From positions 1 through 40,923 of the IMG/VR virus record IMGVR_UViG_3300047496_000087: 40,923 bases of DNA; one strand, written 5' to 3'. Made by a program: the position numbers and the translations under genes. Shown one piece after another: positions 1 to 8,878 of this stretch. Source of the DNA: a virus. The stretch's first letter is position 1, and the number at the start of each line of letters is the position of its first letter. A model generated the notes under the pieces. It was not told the origin of the DNA. It saw only the letters and a program-made list of their open reading frames with translations, and made no database searches.

Positions 1-127
1 GACCCACCACCAGCCCCAGAATTCCATAATATGACTGAAACAGTTCTGGTGTTGGCACCTTTTGTCCAAGTTCCACTCCCACTAAAGGTAGTAGTAGTTA
101 CACCACCAATAGTAGTAATTGAGCCAG
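1..127. repeat. Terminal overlap: identical to 40797-40923, indicating closure of a circular contig with unit length 40796 bp
   Basis: Read directly: gacccaccaccagccccagaattccataat...gtaattgagccag occurs at both window ends. The overlap lies inside a coding region. Confidence 0.95.
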
Positions 128-206
128 TGGAAGATATAACGCCAGAAGTTGTTTTTAAATAACCATCAGATAAAGATCCGGTATTGACGCTATTATTTAC
201 CGCCAT
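1..206 (-). CDS. Glycine-rich paralog D, N-terminal part; same gene as 40022..40923, continuing across the circular junction (326 aa in total)
   Basis: ATG at 206-204 follows TAAGGAGATAGC. The translation MAVNNSVNTGSLSDGYLKTTSGV...FSGSGTWTKGANTRTVSVILWNSGAGGGSGRQG matches the N-termini of the other three paralogs. 40022..40923 plus 128..206 gives 981 nt, which is in frame. Confidence 0.85.
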   Translation of the reverse strand, partial: MAVNNSVNTGSLSDGYLKTTSGVISSTGSITTIGGVTTTTFSGSGTWTKGANTRTVSVILWNSGAGGG

Positions 207-215
207 GCTATCTCC

Positions 216-1196
216 TTAGTAAAATTCTATAACAAGGCAATAACCATTACCGCCGGTTCCGCCTGCACCAGAGTTGGTACCATTAAGTGAGCCGCCCCCT
301 CCGCCTCCGCCACCACCTGGTACAGCACCGTTACCACCAGTTCCAGCTGCAGCACCAGACTTTTGGCCACCCCCGCCACCTCCACCAGTACCTCCGGTCA
401 TTAACCCACCTGAAGTGACAAGTCCAGGGTTGCCATTACCACCTCCAATAGTCCCAGATTCAACACCACCAGAACCACCAGAAGTTATAGTTGCGCCACC
501 ATTTGAATATGTTACAGCACCACCATTGCCACCAGCTCTTTCTGTTCCAGAGTCAGCACCACCACCACCGCCTCCTCCAGTTGGTAGGAATGATTCAAAA
601 AGTCCACGTACAAGAGTTCCTACTGAATAACCATTTGTTCCAGCGGTTACTGTACCATTACCAGAGAGAACAACCGTACTTGTGGCTATATTAGAACCAA
701 AAACAGAAGGAGCAGTTCCCGTAGTAGTTGTTCCATTAATACCAGCCTTACCTCCGCTTGCACCACGATCAGCTGCTCCTAAATTTCCTAAACTAGTAAT
801 AGAACCATTTGATCCTGCTATACCATTATTATTATCTGCTGTTCTAGCTGCGCCGCCGCCTCCTCCAGCCCCAATAGTCACCGTTTCTCCGCCGCTATTA
901 AAAAAATAAGAAGGACCAGTATAACTGGTAAAATTACCTGCTTGGCCACCACCTCCACCACCAGATGTAGTTGATGTAGCTCTACGTCCAGATCCACCAC
1001 CTCCACCAGAACTATAAAGAAGAACAGTAATTGTTTTAGAATTGGCATTCTTAGTAAAGGTTCCACTACCGGTAAATGCGGTAACAAGATAGCCATTGGC
1101 GCCTGTTCCAAAGGAAACAGTACTCAGAGCACCGGAAGTTGTTTGTAGATAACCATCTGATAAGGATGCTGTATTCAAACCGGTATTAACTGACAT
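216..1196 (-). CDS. Glycine-rich (polyglycine-run) virion protein, paralog A; putative fibre-tip/adhesin protein
   Basis: 326-aa ORF with an AAGGAGA RBS 4 nt upstream of the ATG. Motifs: FTGSGTFTKN, GGGGGSGRR, ETVTIGAGGGGG, and C-terminal GGGGGGGGSLNGTNSGAGGTGGNGYCLVIEFY shared with the paralogs. Confidence 0.8.
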   Translation of the reverse strand: MSVNTGLNTASLSDGYLQTTSGALSTVSFGTGANGYLVTAFTGSGTFTKNANSKTITVLLYSSGGGGGSGRRATSTTSGGGGGGQAGNFTSYTGPSYFFNSGGETVTIGAGGGGGAARTADNNNGIAGSNGSITSLGNLGAADRGASGGKAGINGTTTTGTAPSVFGSNIATSTVVLSGNGTVTAGTNGYSVGTLVRGLFESFLPTGGGGGGGADSGTERAGGNGGAVTYSNGGATITSGGSGGVESGTIGGGNGNPGLVTSGGLMTGGTGGGGGGGQKSGAAAGTGGNGAVPGGGGGGGGGSLNGTNSGAGGTGGNGYCLVIEFY

Positions 1197-1205
1197 ACAT
1201 TCTCC

Positions 1206-2150
1206 TTAAAAGTATTCTATTACAACACAATACCCATTACCACCTGTTCCGCCAGCACCGGAATTGGCTCCATCGACAGATCCGCCTCCGCCACCACCTC
1301 CTCCACCAGGAGTACCACCATTACCACCTTTGCCAGCTTTTACAGCTTTATAACCGCCTCCTCCACCACCGCCACCTCCGCCAGGTATAAAGCCATGTTG
1401 AAAAGTTCCTCCAGCGCCTCCATTACCTGCATCACTATCTAACGCTCCTGAAGTTCCGCCAGACACCATGACCGTTCCTGCGGGATTTGAGACCGGGCCG
1501 CCCGTTCCACCCGTTCGTCCAGTGGTAGTATTGCCACCACCACCAGCCGCTCCTCCTCCAGGAAATAAATAAGAAAAATAGTTATTATTAGTATTAGGAT
1601 TACTCCCTGAATTTCCATCTATTAAACTAGAAGCGTTACCAACAATAGTTAAGCTCGCCGATTGATTAAAACACGAACTATAATATTGAGCTGATGCAGA
1701 AGTAGATCCACTTGAAGTTGTTCCACCAGTACCATAACTAACAGATGTTGGCGCCGCACCAATATTACCCAAAGTAGTAATAACACTAGGGTTACCAGCT
1801 ATTCCATTGGTATCTACAGAAGTTTGAGCTCCGCCGCCACCTCCGCCAGCTCCAATAGTTACTGTTTCTGATGATGCAAAGAAATAAGATGGTGCAGTAT
1901 AATAAACAACATTTCCTGGAGATCCACCACCACCAGAAGCAGATGCAGCAGTTGTACCTTGTCGTCCAGAACCTCCGCCACCACCTGAATTCCATAATAT
2001 GACATCGACGACCGTCGTTGATGAGTTCTTAGTCCAGGTTCCACTACCGCTAAAGGTTGTCACAATTGCGGGCATACGAGAAAGGAGGGAACCGCCCCCT
2101 CCCCAAAATGCTCCGCCTTCAATGTATCCAGGATTTTGTATAATATCCAT
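1206..2150 (-). CDS. Glycine-rich (polyglycine-run) virion protein, paralog B
   Basis: 314-aa ORF with a TAGGAG RBS overlapping the stop of the upstream fibre gene. Same motif order as paralog A, ending GGGGGGGGSVDGANSGAGGTGGNGYCVVIEYF. Confidence 0.8.
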   Translation of the reverse strand: MDIIQNPGYIEGGAFWGGGGSLLSRMPAIVTTFSGSGTWTKNSSTTVVDVILWNSGGGGGSGRQGTTAASASGGGGSPGNVVYYTAPSYFFASSETVTIGAGGGGGGAQTSVDTNGIAGNPSVITTLGNIGAAPTSVSYGTGGTTSSGSTSASAQYYSSCFNQSASLTIVGNASSLIDGNSGSNPNTNNNYFSYLFPGGGAAGGGGNTTTGRTGGTGGPVSNPAGTVMVSGGTSGALDSDAGNGGAGGTFQHGFIPGGGGGGGGGGYKAVKAGKGGNGGTPGGGGGGGGGSVDGANSGAGGTGGNGYCVVIEYF

Positions 2151-2157
2151 GATGCTC

Positions 2158-3093
2158 CTATACGTATGTTGGTGAGCCTTGGCAGCTCAATACGTTCCAC
2201 TCATTGTTAGCTACAACACAGACCATTCTTACTGAGTCACGTACTGCAGATGACTGCAGATATCCTGTAGCCCCACTGGTTGTATTCACCGTACCAAAAT
2301 GGATCTGTTGTCCAGATGCCTGAGTTATCTTCCAACCAAGGGCAGTATTGATACCTGTTACTTCTAAAATTGATCCTGTTGCTGCAGTAGTAGGAAGTGC
2401 TAATAATAGAGCAGATGCCTTGTTGCATATATAACCATTATTAACTGCAGCTGTTTGGTCAGCAGTAATCACGGTCCAGGTGAACCCGCCTGCTGCAGCT
2501 TGGAAACTTGGGGCTGTACCTGATGCGTTTGCAGTAAGCACATAGCCAGCGGTCCCTGTGACAGTAGATATCACCCCTGTAGAACTGGTGACAAGAGCAC
2601 CTTCAGCGAATGCTGGTATCTTTATACCTGCTGATCCAGCCTGCAGGTTAGTCACGCTTGCACCCGTTGTACTGCCCAAAGTGACCGTCTTCACGGCTGA
2701 GCCTGTGGCAATATTTACCGTGGTAGCGCTGGAATCATTGGAGATTGCCAGTTGGCCTGTTCCTGAATTGACGGTCAAAGAACCATTGGTTGAGGTGACA
2801 TTGAGTGCTCCTGACCCAGACTGAAGGGTAGATGCGCTGGTAGAATTTGAACTACCAAAGGTGCTTGCATGGGCCGTAGAAGTAGAGCCGACGGTTATCC
2901 CGCCGGTTCCACAATCTATTGCTACAGAACTTGTACCTGTACCGTTACCAATACTGATGGTACGTCCAGCCGAAGCCGACGTACCAATTGATATACTATT
3001 ATCAGTCGCGTCTGTACCTGCTCCAAATGTCCCTCCAGTGAAGGACACATTGGCAGCAGAAACGCTATTGTTCCAACTATTGCGGGTTGCCAT
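2158..3093 (-). CDS. Tail fibre protein (311 aa)
   Basis: The N-terminus MATRNSWNNSVSAANVSFTGGTFGAGTD... is homologous to the N-terminus of 37083..38825. The C-terminus NNGYICNKASALLLALP...GWKITQASGQQIHFG...VRMVCV...WNVLSCQGSPTYV is homologous to the C-terminus of 3103..5802. The sequence is rich in Ser/Thr/Gly beta-repeats. Confidence 0.8.
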   Translation of the reverse strand: MATRNSWNNSVSAANVSFTGGTFGAGTDATDNSISIGTSASAGRTISIGNGTGTSSVAIDCGTGGITVGSTSTAHASTFGSSNSTSASTLQSGSGALNVTSTNGSLTVNSGTGQLAISNDSSATTVNIATGSAVKTVTLGSTTGASVTNLQAGSAGIKIPAFAEGALVTSSTGVISTVTGTAGYVLTANASGTAPSFQAAAGGFTWTVITADQTAAVNNGYICNKASALLLALPTTAATGSILEVTGINTALGWKITQASGQQIHFGTVNTTSGATGYLQSSAVRDSVRMVCVVANNEWNVLSCQGSPTYV

Positions 3094-3102
3094 AGTAACT
3101 CC

Positions 3103-5802
3103 TTACACCAATGTTATATTGCCTTGGCTATTGAGTACCATCCACCGCGTAGAAGCACCAGAAACTACGCAAACCATCTCTAATGAGTCGCCAATTGCTG
3201 TTGCCTCAAGATAACCACCAACACCAACCGTTGTTGTCGCATTACCAAACAATATTGCTTGGTTAGCATTCTGTGCTATACGCCATCCAACAGCGGTATT
3301 AAGGTTGCAAATGCGTATAAGATCACCAATCGCACCAGATGCTGGCAATGTCATAGTCAGAAGACCTGCCTTATTGGCGATATAACCATTACCTGCAACA
3401 AGCGATGCGTTGACTGTCGTTACTGCCCATGCAAGTTCACCAGGAACTGCTTGCCATGTTGGTATGCTCGAAGAACCGGTTGAGGTGAGCACAAATCCAG
3501 ACGTACCAATATTAGTATCTGCCGCTTGGAATGCACCCGTTGTGGTTGTACCACCAACTATAGGAGCGTAAGCCGTTGTAGAAGTTACCCCGGTTCCACC
3601 ACCAGCGACCACAGCAGTACCGAAGGTCGGGTTAGAAGATGACCCCTGGGAGATGTAGGGTATTCCAGAGGTTGCTGATGGAGCGACAGAAGCAACTGCA
3701 TTAGAAGCTCCAGCTACAACAGTGCCATATTGTGTAATAGTTGATGCAGTAACTGCACTGGTTCCGTTACCGGTAAGCACACCAGTAAGTGTTGCAGCGC
3801 CAGTACCACCATTTTTAACAGCTAAGGTACCGGTAAGCGTTTCTGTTGTACTTGCACCTGAGAAGGTCAATCCTGTCGTACCACCAGTAAAGGTGAATGC
3901 TGCACCCGTAAGAGCACCACCACTGTCACCAGTGATAGATATAGAACTTGCTGCAGGAGCTGCCCATACTGGCAATGCGCCAGCACCAGCTGATGTAAGT
4001 ACGTTACCAGAAGATCCTAGACCAGATACGTTTTGGAATGCACCAGTTGCTGTAGTACCAGCAGCTATAACTGAGTAGGCAGTAAATGTTGTATTACCTG
4101 TTCCACCACCAGCTACTACAGCGGTTCCAAATGCTGGATCAGCGGCTGCACCTTGTGATACCAAGGGCACACCAGATGTTGCACTTGTAGCAACTGCGGT
4201 TACCGCTGCTGTTGTTCCTGCACCAACAAGTACCGCGTGATTAGTTTGTGTACCAAGTTTAGCTTTTAGATCATCAGGTGTGACAATCTTATTGGTTACC
4301 GTACCAGCTATGGTCTCAGCATTGGTAGCTAAAGTAGCACCACCAAGTTGTGAGGTAGTAGCTTGCGTTACAGTAGCGCCAAGGGTACCAGCACCGGTAG
4401 CATAGGTGATAGATCCGTCGGATGATGCCAATGTAGCGAAAACTGGGTCAGCAGCAGAAGATCCCACGAGAACCTGACCGTTGGTACCTACTGTAAGTTG
4501 CGTCAATCCTGTGCCAGATTTACCCACTTGTACCGCATGGTTGTTTGTACCGCCAACGTTATAGGTTACGGTAGAGCCAGAACCAGAAGTTGATATGTTT
4601 GCACCGCCAGCCATGGTAATTGCACCAGAAGATGCAACTGCGGTACCAGAATCGGTAACAAAGCTTGATGCGCCACCTCCAAAGAATTCATTGAAGGCAA
4701 TTGGGTCAGTACCCATGGTAGCGACCGTATCAACTTGAATCCAGAAGGTATTGGCATTTACTGTACCATTGTTTACTGGAACCAAATCACCAGGATGTAT
4801 CTCAGAAGCTTGATCATAGTCAGTAGCGCGAGTGAGCACCCACGCAACAGCACCACTACCAATGGTAGTCAGGGTATAGATACCATTTTGAGCTTGCGTT
4901 GATTGATTCTTAACGAGGATACGTGAGTTAATGGGAGGCGTTGTACCATCAAGGGTGAACAATGCCAGAGCACCGGCATTAGTTAAAGTAGCCCCAACAC
5001 CAGCTGCACCATTGGCATACGTAGCATTGAGATTGGCTGTTGTTGCAGCATAAACTGCCGTTTTAAACGTAATACCTGCAACAAGGGAATCAGCGTAGGT
5101 TTTGTTAACCCCGTCAGTTCCTGCCACAGGAGCATTTACAATCGTGATAGATGTGACTGTTGGTGTTGCGGTAAATACCGGGTCTGTTCCTGTCATACCA
5201 GAAAGTACCGTACCAGAAGCACCCACTGCCAAGGAGTTTACCCCCGTCGTCCCGGTTCCTAAAAGAACAGAGTGATTGGTAGTCCCTGCCACATTAACAA
5301 TTGGTGCCGTTGCAGTTCCGGTAATGGATATGTTAGTACCCGCATTGACTGAGGTTACAGCACCAGCAGCAGAAAGTGACTGATAGGTTGGAGCTACACC
5401 AGCGCCGTTAGAGGTCAGGACTTGGTTTGCCGTGCCCGTTGCTGTTGTAACAAGGCGCGTACCATCATAGTAAATGGTACCATCAGTAGTTGCAAAAGAA
5501 GAAGCATTAGTACCACCATTAGCTACAGGAAGGACACCAGTTACATCAGTTGTTAAATTAAGAGACCCAAAAGCAGGGTTTGCTCCTGTTGCTCCACGTA
5601 ATACTTGTCCCGTTGTACCAACGGTTATAGATGTTAAACCAGTAGTTCCCGTACCTACCTGTACGGCATGGTCTGTCGTACCATTGACGTTTACTATAGG
5701 ATCGGTTGCTGTACCTGTTATAGATATGTTTGCACCGGCATTAACAGAGGTTACCGTTCCACCACCACCGCCAGATGTCTTGAGTATACCACTTTGGCTC
5801 AT
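3103..5802 (-). CDS. Long tail fibre protein (899 aa) with internal repeats
   Basis: Repeated modules VTSVNAG.NISITGTAT.PIVNV.GTT.H.V..GTGTTG...G..G.VL.G..G.DP.F. Also repeated G.VLTS.G....P.W motifs and LATNAETIAGTVTNKIVTPDDLKAKL. A central domain of the type ...RILVKNQSTQAQNGIYTL...W.LTRATDYD... is typical of phage fibres. Confidence 0.85.
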   Translation of the reverse strand: MSQSGILKTSGGGGGTVTSVNAGANISITGTATDPIVNVNGTTDHAVQVGTGTTGLTSITVGTTGQVLRGATGANPAFGSLNLTTDVTGVLPVANGGTNASSFATTDGTIYYDGTRLVTTATGTANQVLTSNGAGVAPTYQSLSAAGAVTSVNAGTNISITGTATAPIVNVAGTTNHSVLLGTGTTGVNSLAVGASGTVLSGMTGTDPVFTATPTVTSITIVNAPVAGTDGVNKTYADSLVAGITFKTAVYAATTANLNATYANGAAGVGATLTNAGALALFTLDGTTPPINSRILVKNQSTQAQNGIYTLTTIGSGAVAWVLTRATDYDQASEIHPGDLVPVNNGTVNANTFWIQVDTVATMGTDPIAFNEFFGGGASSFVTDSGTAVASSGAITMAGGANISTSGSGSTVTYNVGGTNNHAVQVGKSGTGLTQLTVGTNGQVLVGSSAADPVFATLASSDGSITYATGAGTLGATVTQATTSQLGGATLATNAETIAGTVTNKIVTPDDLKAKLGTQTNHAVLVGAGTTAAVTAVATSATSGVPLVSQGAAADPAFGTAVVAGGGTGNTTFTAYSVIAAGTTATGAFQNVSGLGSSGNVLTSAGAGALPVWAAPAASSISITGDSGGALTGAAFTFTGGTTGLTFSGASTTETLTGTLAVKNGGTGAATLTGVLTGNGTSAVTASTITQYGTVVAGASNAVASVAPSATSGIPYISQGSSSNPTFGTAVVAGGGTGVTSTTAYAPIVGGTTTTGAFQAADTNIGTSGFVLTSTGSSSIPTWQAVPGELAWAVTTVNASLVAGNGYIANKAGLLTMTLPASGAIGDLIRICNLNTAVGWRIAQNANQAILFGNATTTVGVGGYLEATAIGDSLEMVCVVSGASTRWMVLNSQGNITLV

Positions 5803-5811
5803 CGGTTCTCC

Positions 5812-6165
5812 CTACACTTGTGAAGCGTATACAACGGTTACATAAACTGACCCAGAAGTAGGGGCACCAGACGCCTGTTTAGCATATAGTCTGTTGCCAG
5901 CTGCTTGCTCAAAGAATCCACCTTGGTCGGCTTTATTTGAACCGTAGTCATAAAGATAGAAAGCGTTAGCAGGACAGACGTCCATATCATCAACACCATT
6001 GAATGATATAAGAAGATCTTTATCTGTCAGATTAGTTACTTTTAAAATGCGTACTGGATACACAAAAGAAGTGCCAACGCCAGCATAAGTCCCAGATATG
6101 CCCCCAAAAGCAAGAGACCTAAGATTTTCATAGCGAGCTCGTACGGAACTTGAAACATTTCCCAT
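5812..6165 (-). CDS. Small structural-module protein (117 aa), function unknown
   Basis: ORF with a TAAGGG RBS, tightly packed between fibre genes. Weak similarity to 6175..6504 (ISF[ND]G ... G.[VI]Y[VL] C-terminus). Confidence 0.7.
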   Translation of the reverse strand: MGNVSSSVRARYENLRSLAFGGISGTYAGVGTSFVYPVRILKVTNLTDKDLLISFNGVDDMDVCPANAFYLYDYGSNKADQGGFFEQAAGNRLYAKQASGAPTSGSVYVTVVYASQV

Positions 6166-6174
6166 CGTAGACCC

Positions 6175-6504
6175 TTAAACGTAATAAGCTGAAAGATAAA
6201 TATTACCCGTTCCTGCCGTTCCTTTTACCGAAACATATGTACCCTTTGACCAGAGCGCTAATCTTGCAGCAGGTTGTGAATTTGTTTGCGTTTGCAGTAT
6301 AAGATCCGCACCTGCCTTGAGATATTCTTGATCAGTATGACCATCAAACGAGATGGTAACGTCAGTAGAACCGCCATTATAGATTCTGATCATAAAGCAT
6401 GATTCAGTAAATCCTGGATCTAAGTTTATAGACTGATAACTCGTAGTAAGTTGTGATGAAGGTATTTTCCCAAGCTCTTGAGCTTTTACCGAACCTTGTG
6501 CCAT
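6175..6504 (-). CDS. Small structural-module protein (109 aa), function unknown
   Basis: I chose the start at the internal ATG (6504) because AAAGGAGATACTA lies directly upstream. The track start at 6549 sits inside a hairpin and has no RBS. Confidence 0.65.
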   Translation of the reverse strand: MAQGSVKAQELGKIPSSQLTTSYQSINLDPGFTESCFMIRIYNGGSTDVTISFDGHTDQEYLKAGADLILQTQTNSQPAARLALWSKGTYVSVKGTAGTGNIYLSAYYV

Positions 6505-6547
6505 TAGTATCTCCTTTAAAGGGATGAAAAACTGTCTATATGCTATC

Positions 6548-6575
6548 ATAGCCCAAGGTTTTACCCAAGGGCTAT
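6548..6575 (-). other. Hairpin (ATAGCCC / GGGCTAT stem, containing a direct CCCAAGG repeat) at the 3' boundary of the HNH gene
   Basis: A 7-bp inverted repeat read directly. No clean U-run follows on either strand. Confidence 0.3.
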
Positions 6576-6601
6576 GAAGATGAAGGAAATGAATTACAAA
6601 A

Positions 6602-7195
6602 CTAGTTTATATCGCGCCATGTCTTTCCAGTTTTAATAGAATGAAGTGTCGTCCTAGATATATTAAAATCTTTACATATACGTTTCATCATCACGTCCAT
6701 AGATAAAAGTTTTTTTATCTCTTTAACTTGATCAATACTTAACTTTTCAACTTTATGTCTGTTCTTAGATAACTTATCACGTTGATTATCAAGAGCATTT
6801 CCTAACCATAAATGTTCAGGATTTGTACATGATGGATTGTCACAAGTATGCAGCACCCACAATCCATTAGGTATTTCACCTTTATAAATCATGTAGCTCG
6901 CCCTATGTGCCATCACTTCTTTACCTCTAAAAGTTAAACATCCATACTTCATTTTTACTTTTTTACAGCCATTCCAATTCCAGCATCCATCTTGCTTTAT
7001 AACAAACTTATTAAAAGACTTTTCGAGCTCATATATCGTATCTTGAGACGCCCATTTTTCTCTTAATTTTGTAACACTAATTGTTCCCATAGTTTTCATT
7101 TGGCATGGTTTAGAGCAAAATCTTGAAGTATTTATCTTGTCACTTCTCACTAAATATTCCGTAGAACATTGATCGCAATTTTTAGAAAGTTTCAT
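6602..7195 (-). CDS. Free-standing HNH homing-type endonuclease (HNH_3-like) with a C-terminal HTH
   Basis: Motif HRASYMIYKGEIPNGLWVLHTCDNPSCTNPEHLWLGNALDNQRD, plus an N-terminal CxxC...C..C region and C-terminal ISRTTLHSIKTGKTWRDI. The gene is visibly AT-rich compared with the flanking fibre genes. Confidence 0.85.
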   Translation of the reverse strand: MKLSKNCDQCSTEYLVRSDKINTSRFCSKPCQMKTMGTISVTKLREKWASQDTIYELEKSFNKFVIKQDGCWNWNGCKKVKMKYGCLTFRGKEVMAHRASYMIYKGEIPNGLWVLHTCDNPSCTNPEHLWLGNALDNQRDKLSKNRHKVEKLSIDQVKEIKKLLSMDVMMKRICKDFNISRTTLHSIKTGKTWRDIN

Positions 7196-7253
7196 GATAG
7201 GATCCTTATATATTTTTGTTCTATAAAGATCCTATCACTTTATTTATTAATGT

Positions 7254-8759
7254 CTATGCGCTACAGGTTACGTTGACCCAAGTTGTGCCACTGTCGGTAT
7301 TCACGTACAACCTGGACGTAGCACCAGCTGGGTCTGATCTGAGATACATTGATCCGGCAGGTGCTGTAATAGCTGAAGGAGCACCGGCACCAGAAAGTAC
7401 CAATAATCCACCAGGTAGACTGAGTCCACGACCTGCAGTGGTAACACTCAGACCATTTGCAGCAACAACGTTAGTTCCGGTAGGAGTAACGAGTGCCAAT
7501 GTTGAAGAAGCTGTAGTTGTACCAATTGTGGTAACATTGGCAGCTGCACCAGTTGCTATATTGACTGTTTTAACACCAGCACCAGTACCAAGGTTGATTA
7601 TTTGAGCACCAGTACCAATACCAAGGTTAATATTACCAGTTTGGGCAGTTGAAACACCACCACCAATAGTAATAACACCTGTTGTCATAGCTGTACCGAT
7701 ACCAATCGTACCACCGGTTTGGTTGTTACCAAGACCAATTACGTTAGCCCCAGTACCACCAATATCAATAGTCTTAACAACAGCAGCACCAGTACCAATA
7801 TCAATGGTAGTCGCTGACGCATCAGTTGAGATAGATACTAAACCAGTACCACTGTTAATTGATATTGGGTTGTTTGTATTCGTTAAATTAATACCGCCAG
7901 AACCTGAATGGAGTGTAGTTGTAGAAGTTGTATTGGTCGATCCAAGTACGGTAGTTTTTGCCCCAGCGCCTGTTGCAATATTAACAGAGTTTGCCGTAGC
8001 ATCACCAGAAACGGTCACCGTTCCTGTACCGGTATTTGCCGTAAATATACCGTTAGTTGCCGTAAGTGAGTAACCACCAGTACCAACAGTAGATGTAAGT
8101 CCACCGGCAGCATTTGATGCTGTAAGTGTAATAGCTGCTGCAGTTGATTTACCACCACTGAGTGTCACGCCACCAGCAGTTGAAACGAGATCTATTGATG
8201 TAGCACCAGTTCCTTGAAGTGATTGCACAAGGATCGTTTCCGATGTACCGCCATTAGCTGTTAAGGTAATCGCACCTGCAGCGTTGTTGGTAGAAGCAAG
8301 AGAGATAGATGCAGTATCAGTAATATCAAAATCACCTGTAACAGCGAGATTGCCTGAAACAGTAACATCATGAAGTGTTGATGCACCTGTTACATTCAAT
8401 GTTCCCGTAGCTGCCACGTTAGTTGCTGTAATAGCACCCGTAGTTGCTGCTCCCGTTAAGGTAGTTGTTCCGGCAACTGTAAGATTACCTGTATCAATGT
8501 TAACTGATCCAGGAGATACTAAAAGTGAGGTTAGGGTAGTTGCTCCAGATGATGGAGCTTGAGTCCAAACAGATTCGCCAGCAGTCGTACCAACATTGAT
8601 AAAAGAAGTTTGAGTAGCTGTGTTGACCCAGGTTTGACCAATTTCGGCAAAATCAGTCGTAGATGGGTCTTGCACTGCTATAACAGGTGCTGGAAATTGA
8701 GCTGAGAATGGCCCTTGAAAGCCATATGAATTAAAAGAAGCGCGTTTCTGAGTTCCCAT
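7254..8759 (-). CDS. Tail fibre/spike protein (501 aa), beta-helix-like repeats
   Basis: TAGGAG RBS. The N-terminus (DFAEIGQTWVNT...) resembles that of 35852..37069. The middle segment TVNIATGAGAKTTVLGSTNTTSTTTLHSGSGGINLTNTNNPISINSGTG is shared with 2158..3093 and 37083..38825. The C-terminus reads GSMYLRSD...LYVNTDSGTTWVNV. Confidence 0.8.
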   Translation of the reverse strand: MGTQKRASFNSYGFQGPFSAQFPAPVIAVQDPSTTDFAEIGQTWVNTATQTSFINVGTTAGESVWTQAPSSGATTLTSLLVSPGSVNIDTGNLTVAGTTTLTGAATTGAITATNVAATGTLNVTGASTLHDVTVSGNLAVTGDFDITDTASISLASTNNAAGAITLTANGGTSETILVQSLQGTGATSIDLVSTAGGVTLSGGKSTAAAITLTASNAAGGLTSTVGTGGYSLTATNGIFTANTGTGTVTVSGDATANSVNIATGAGAKTTVLGSTNTTSTTTLHSGSGGINLTNTNNPISINSGTGLVSISTDASATTIDIGTGAAVVKTIDIGGTGANVIGLGNNQTGGTIGIGTAMTTGVITIGGGVSTAQTGNINLGIGTGAQIINLGTGAGVKTVNIATGAAANVTTIGTTTASSTLALVTPTGTNVVAANGLSVTTAGRGLSLPGGLLVLSGAGAPSAITAPAGSMYLRSDPAGATSRLYVNTDSGTTWVNVTCSA

Positions 8760-8830
8760 AGAATCTCCTAAAAAGTTTTTATAGTTTGTTCGATCTCTAG
8801 TATTGAATAAGCACAGTATAAAGCAAGTTC

Positions 8831-8859
8831 TTGCTTTTTTATTTCTAGCATGCTAGAAT
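8831..8859 (+). promoter_or_regulatory. Sigma70-like promoter for the plus-strand RHH cassette
   Basis: TTGCTT (8831-8836), a 17-nt spacer, then TAGAAT (8854-8859). It lies 20 nt upstream of the ATG, with an AAAGGAA RBS at 8866-8872. Confidence 0.55.
8843..8858. promoter_or_regulatory. Perfect 16-bp palindrome TTCTAGCATGCTAGAA, candidate operator
   Basis: Read directly. It overlaps the spacer and -10 of the predicted promoter, immediately upstream of an RHH-type gene. Confidence 0.5.
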
Positions 8860-8878
8860 ATAGTTAAAGGAATAAATT

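Noticed and set aside
274-909. Proline-rich plus-strand ORFs (274..630, 682..909; also 39097..39333 and 39349..39531)
   Set aside because: They are the antisense reading of GGN-rich glycine codons (GGN read as NCC gives Pro). They have no RBS and lie entirely inside well-supported minus-strand genes.
2558-8073. Many 60-150-aa plus-strand ORFs inside fibre genes (2558..2824, 2861..3214, 3722..4078, 5474..5845, 7216..7605, 7723..8073; similarly 37123..37395, 38002..38733, 36600..36959)
   Set aside because: These are antisense shadows of long, low-stop Thr/Gly/Ala/Val-rich genes. They have no independent start signals, and their Pro/Val-rich composition mirrors the sense strand.
8821-8842. AAGCAA-GTTC-TTGCTT hairpin plus T-run as a plus-strand terminator
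   Set aside because: The 6-bp stem is weak and A/T-rich, and no plus-strand gene lies upstream. Its right arm is the predicted -35 hexamer, so the resemblance is probably coincidental.
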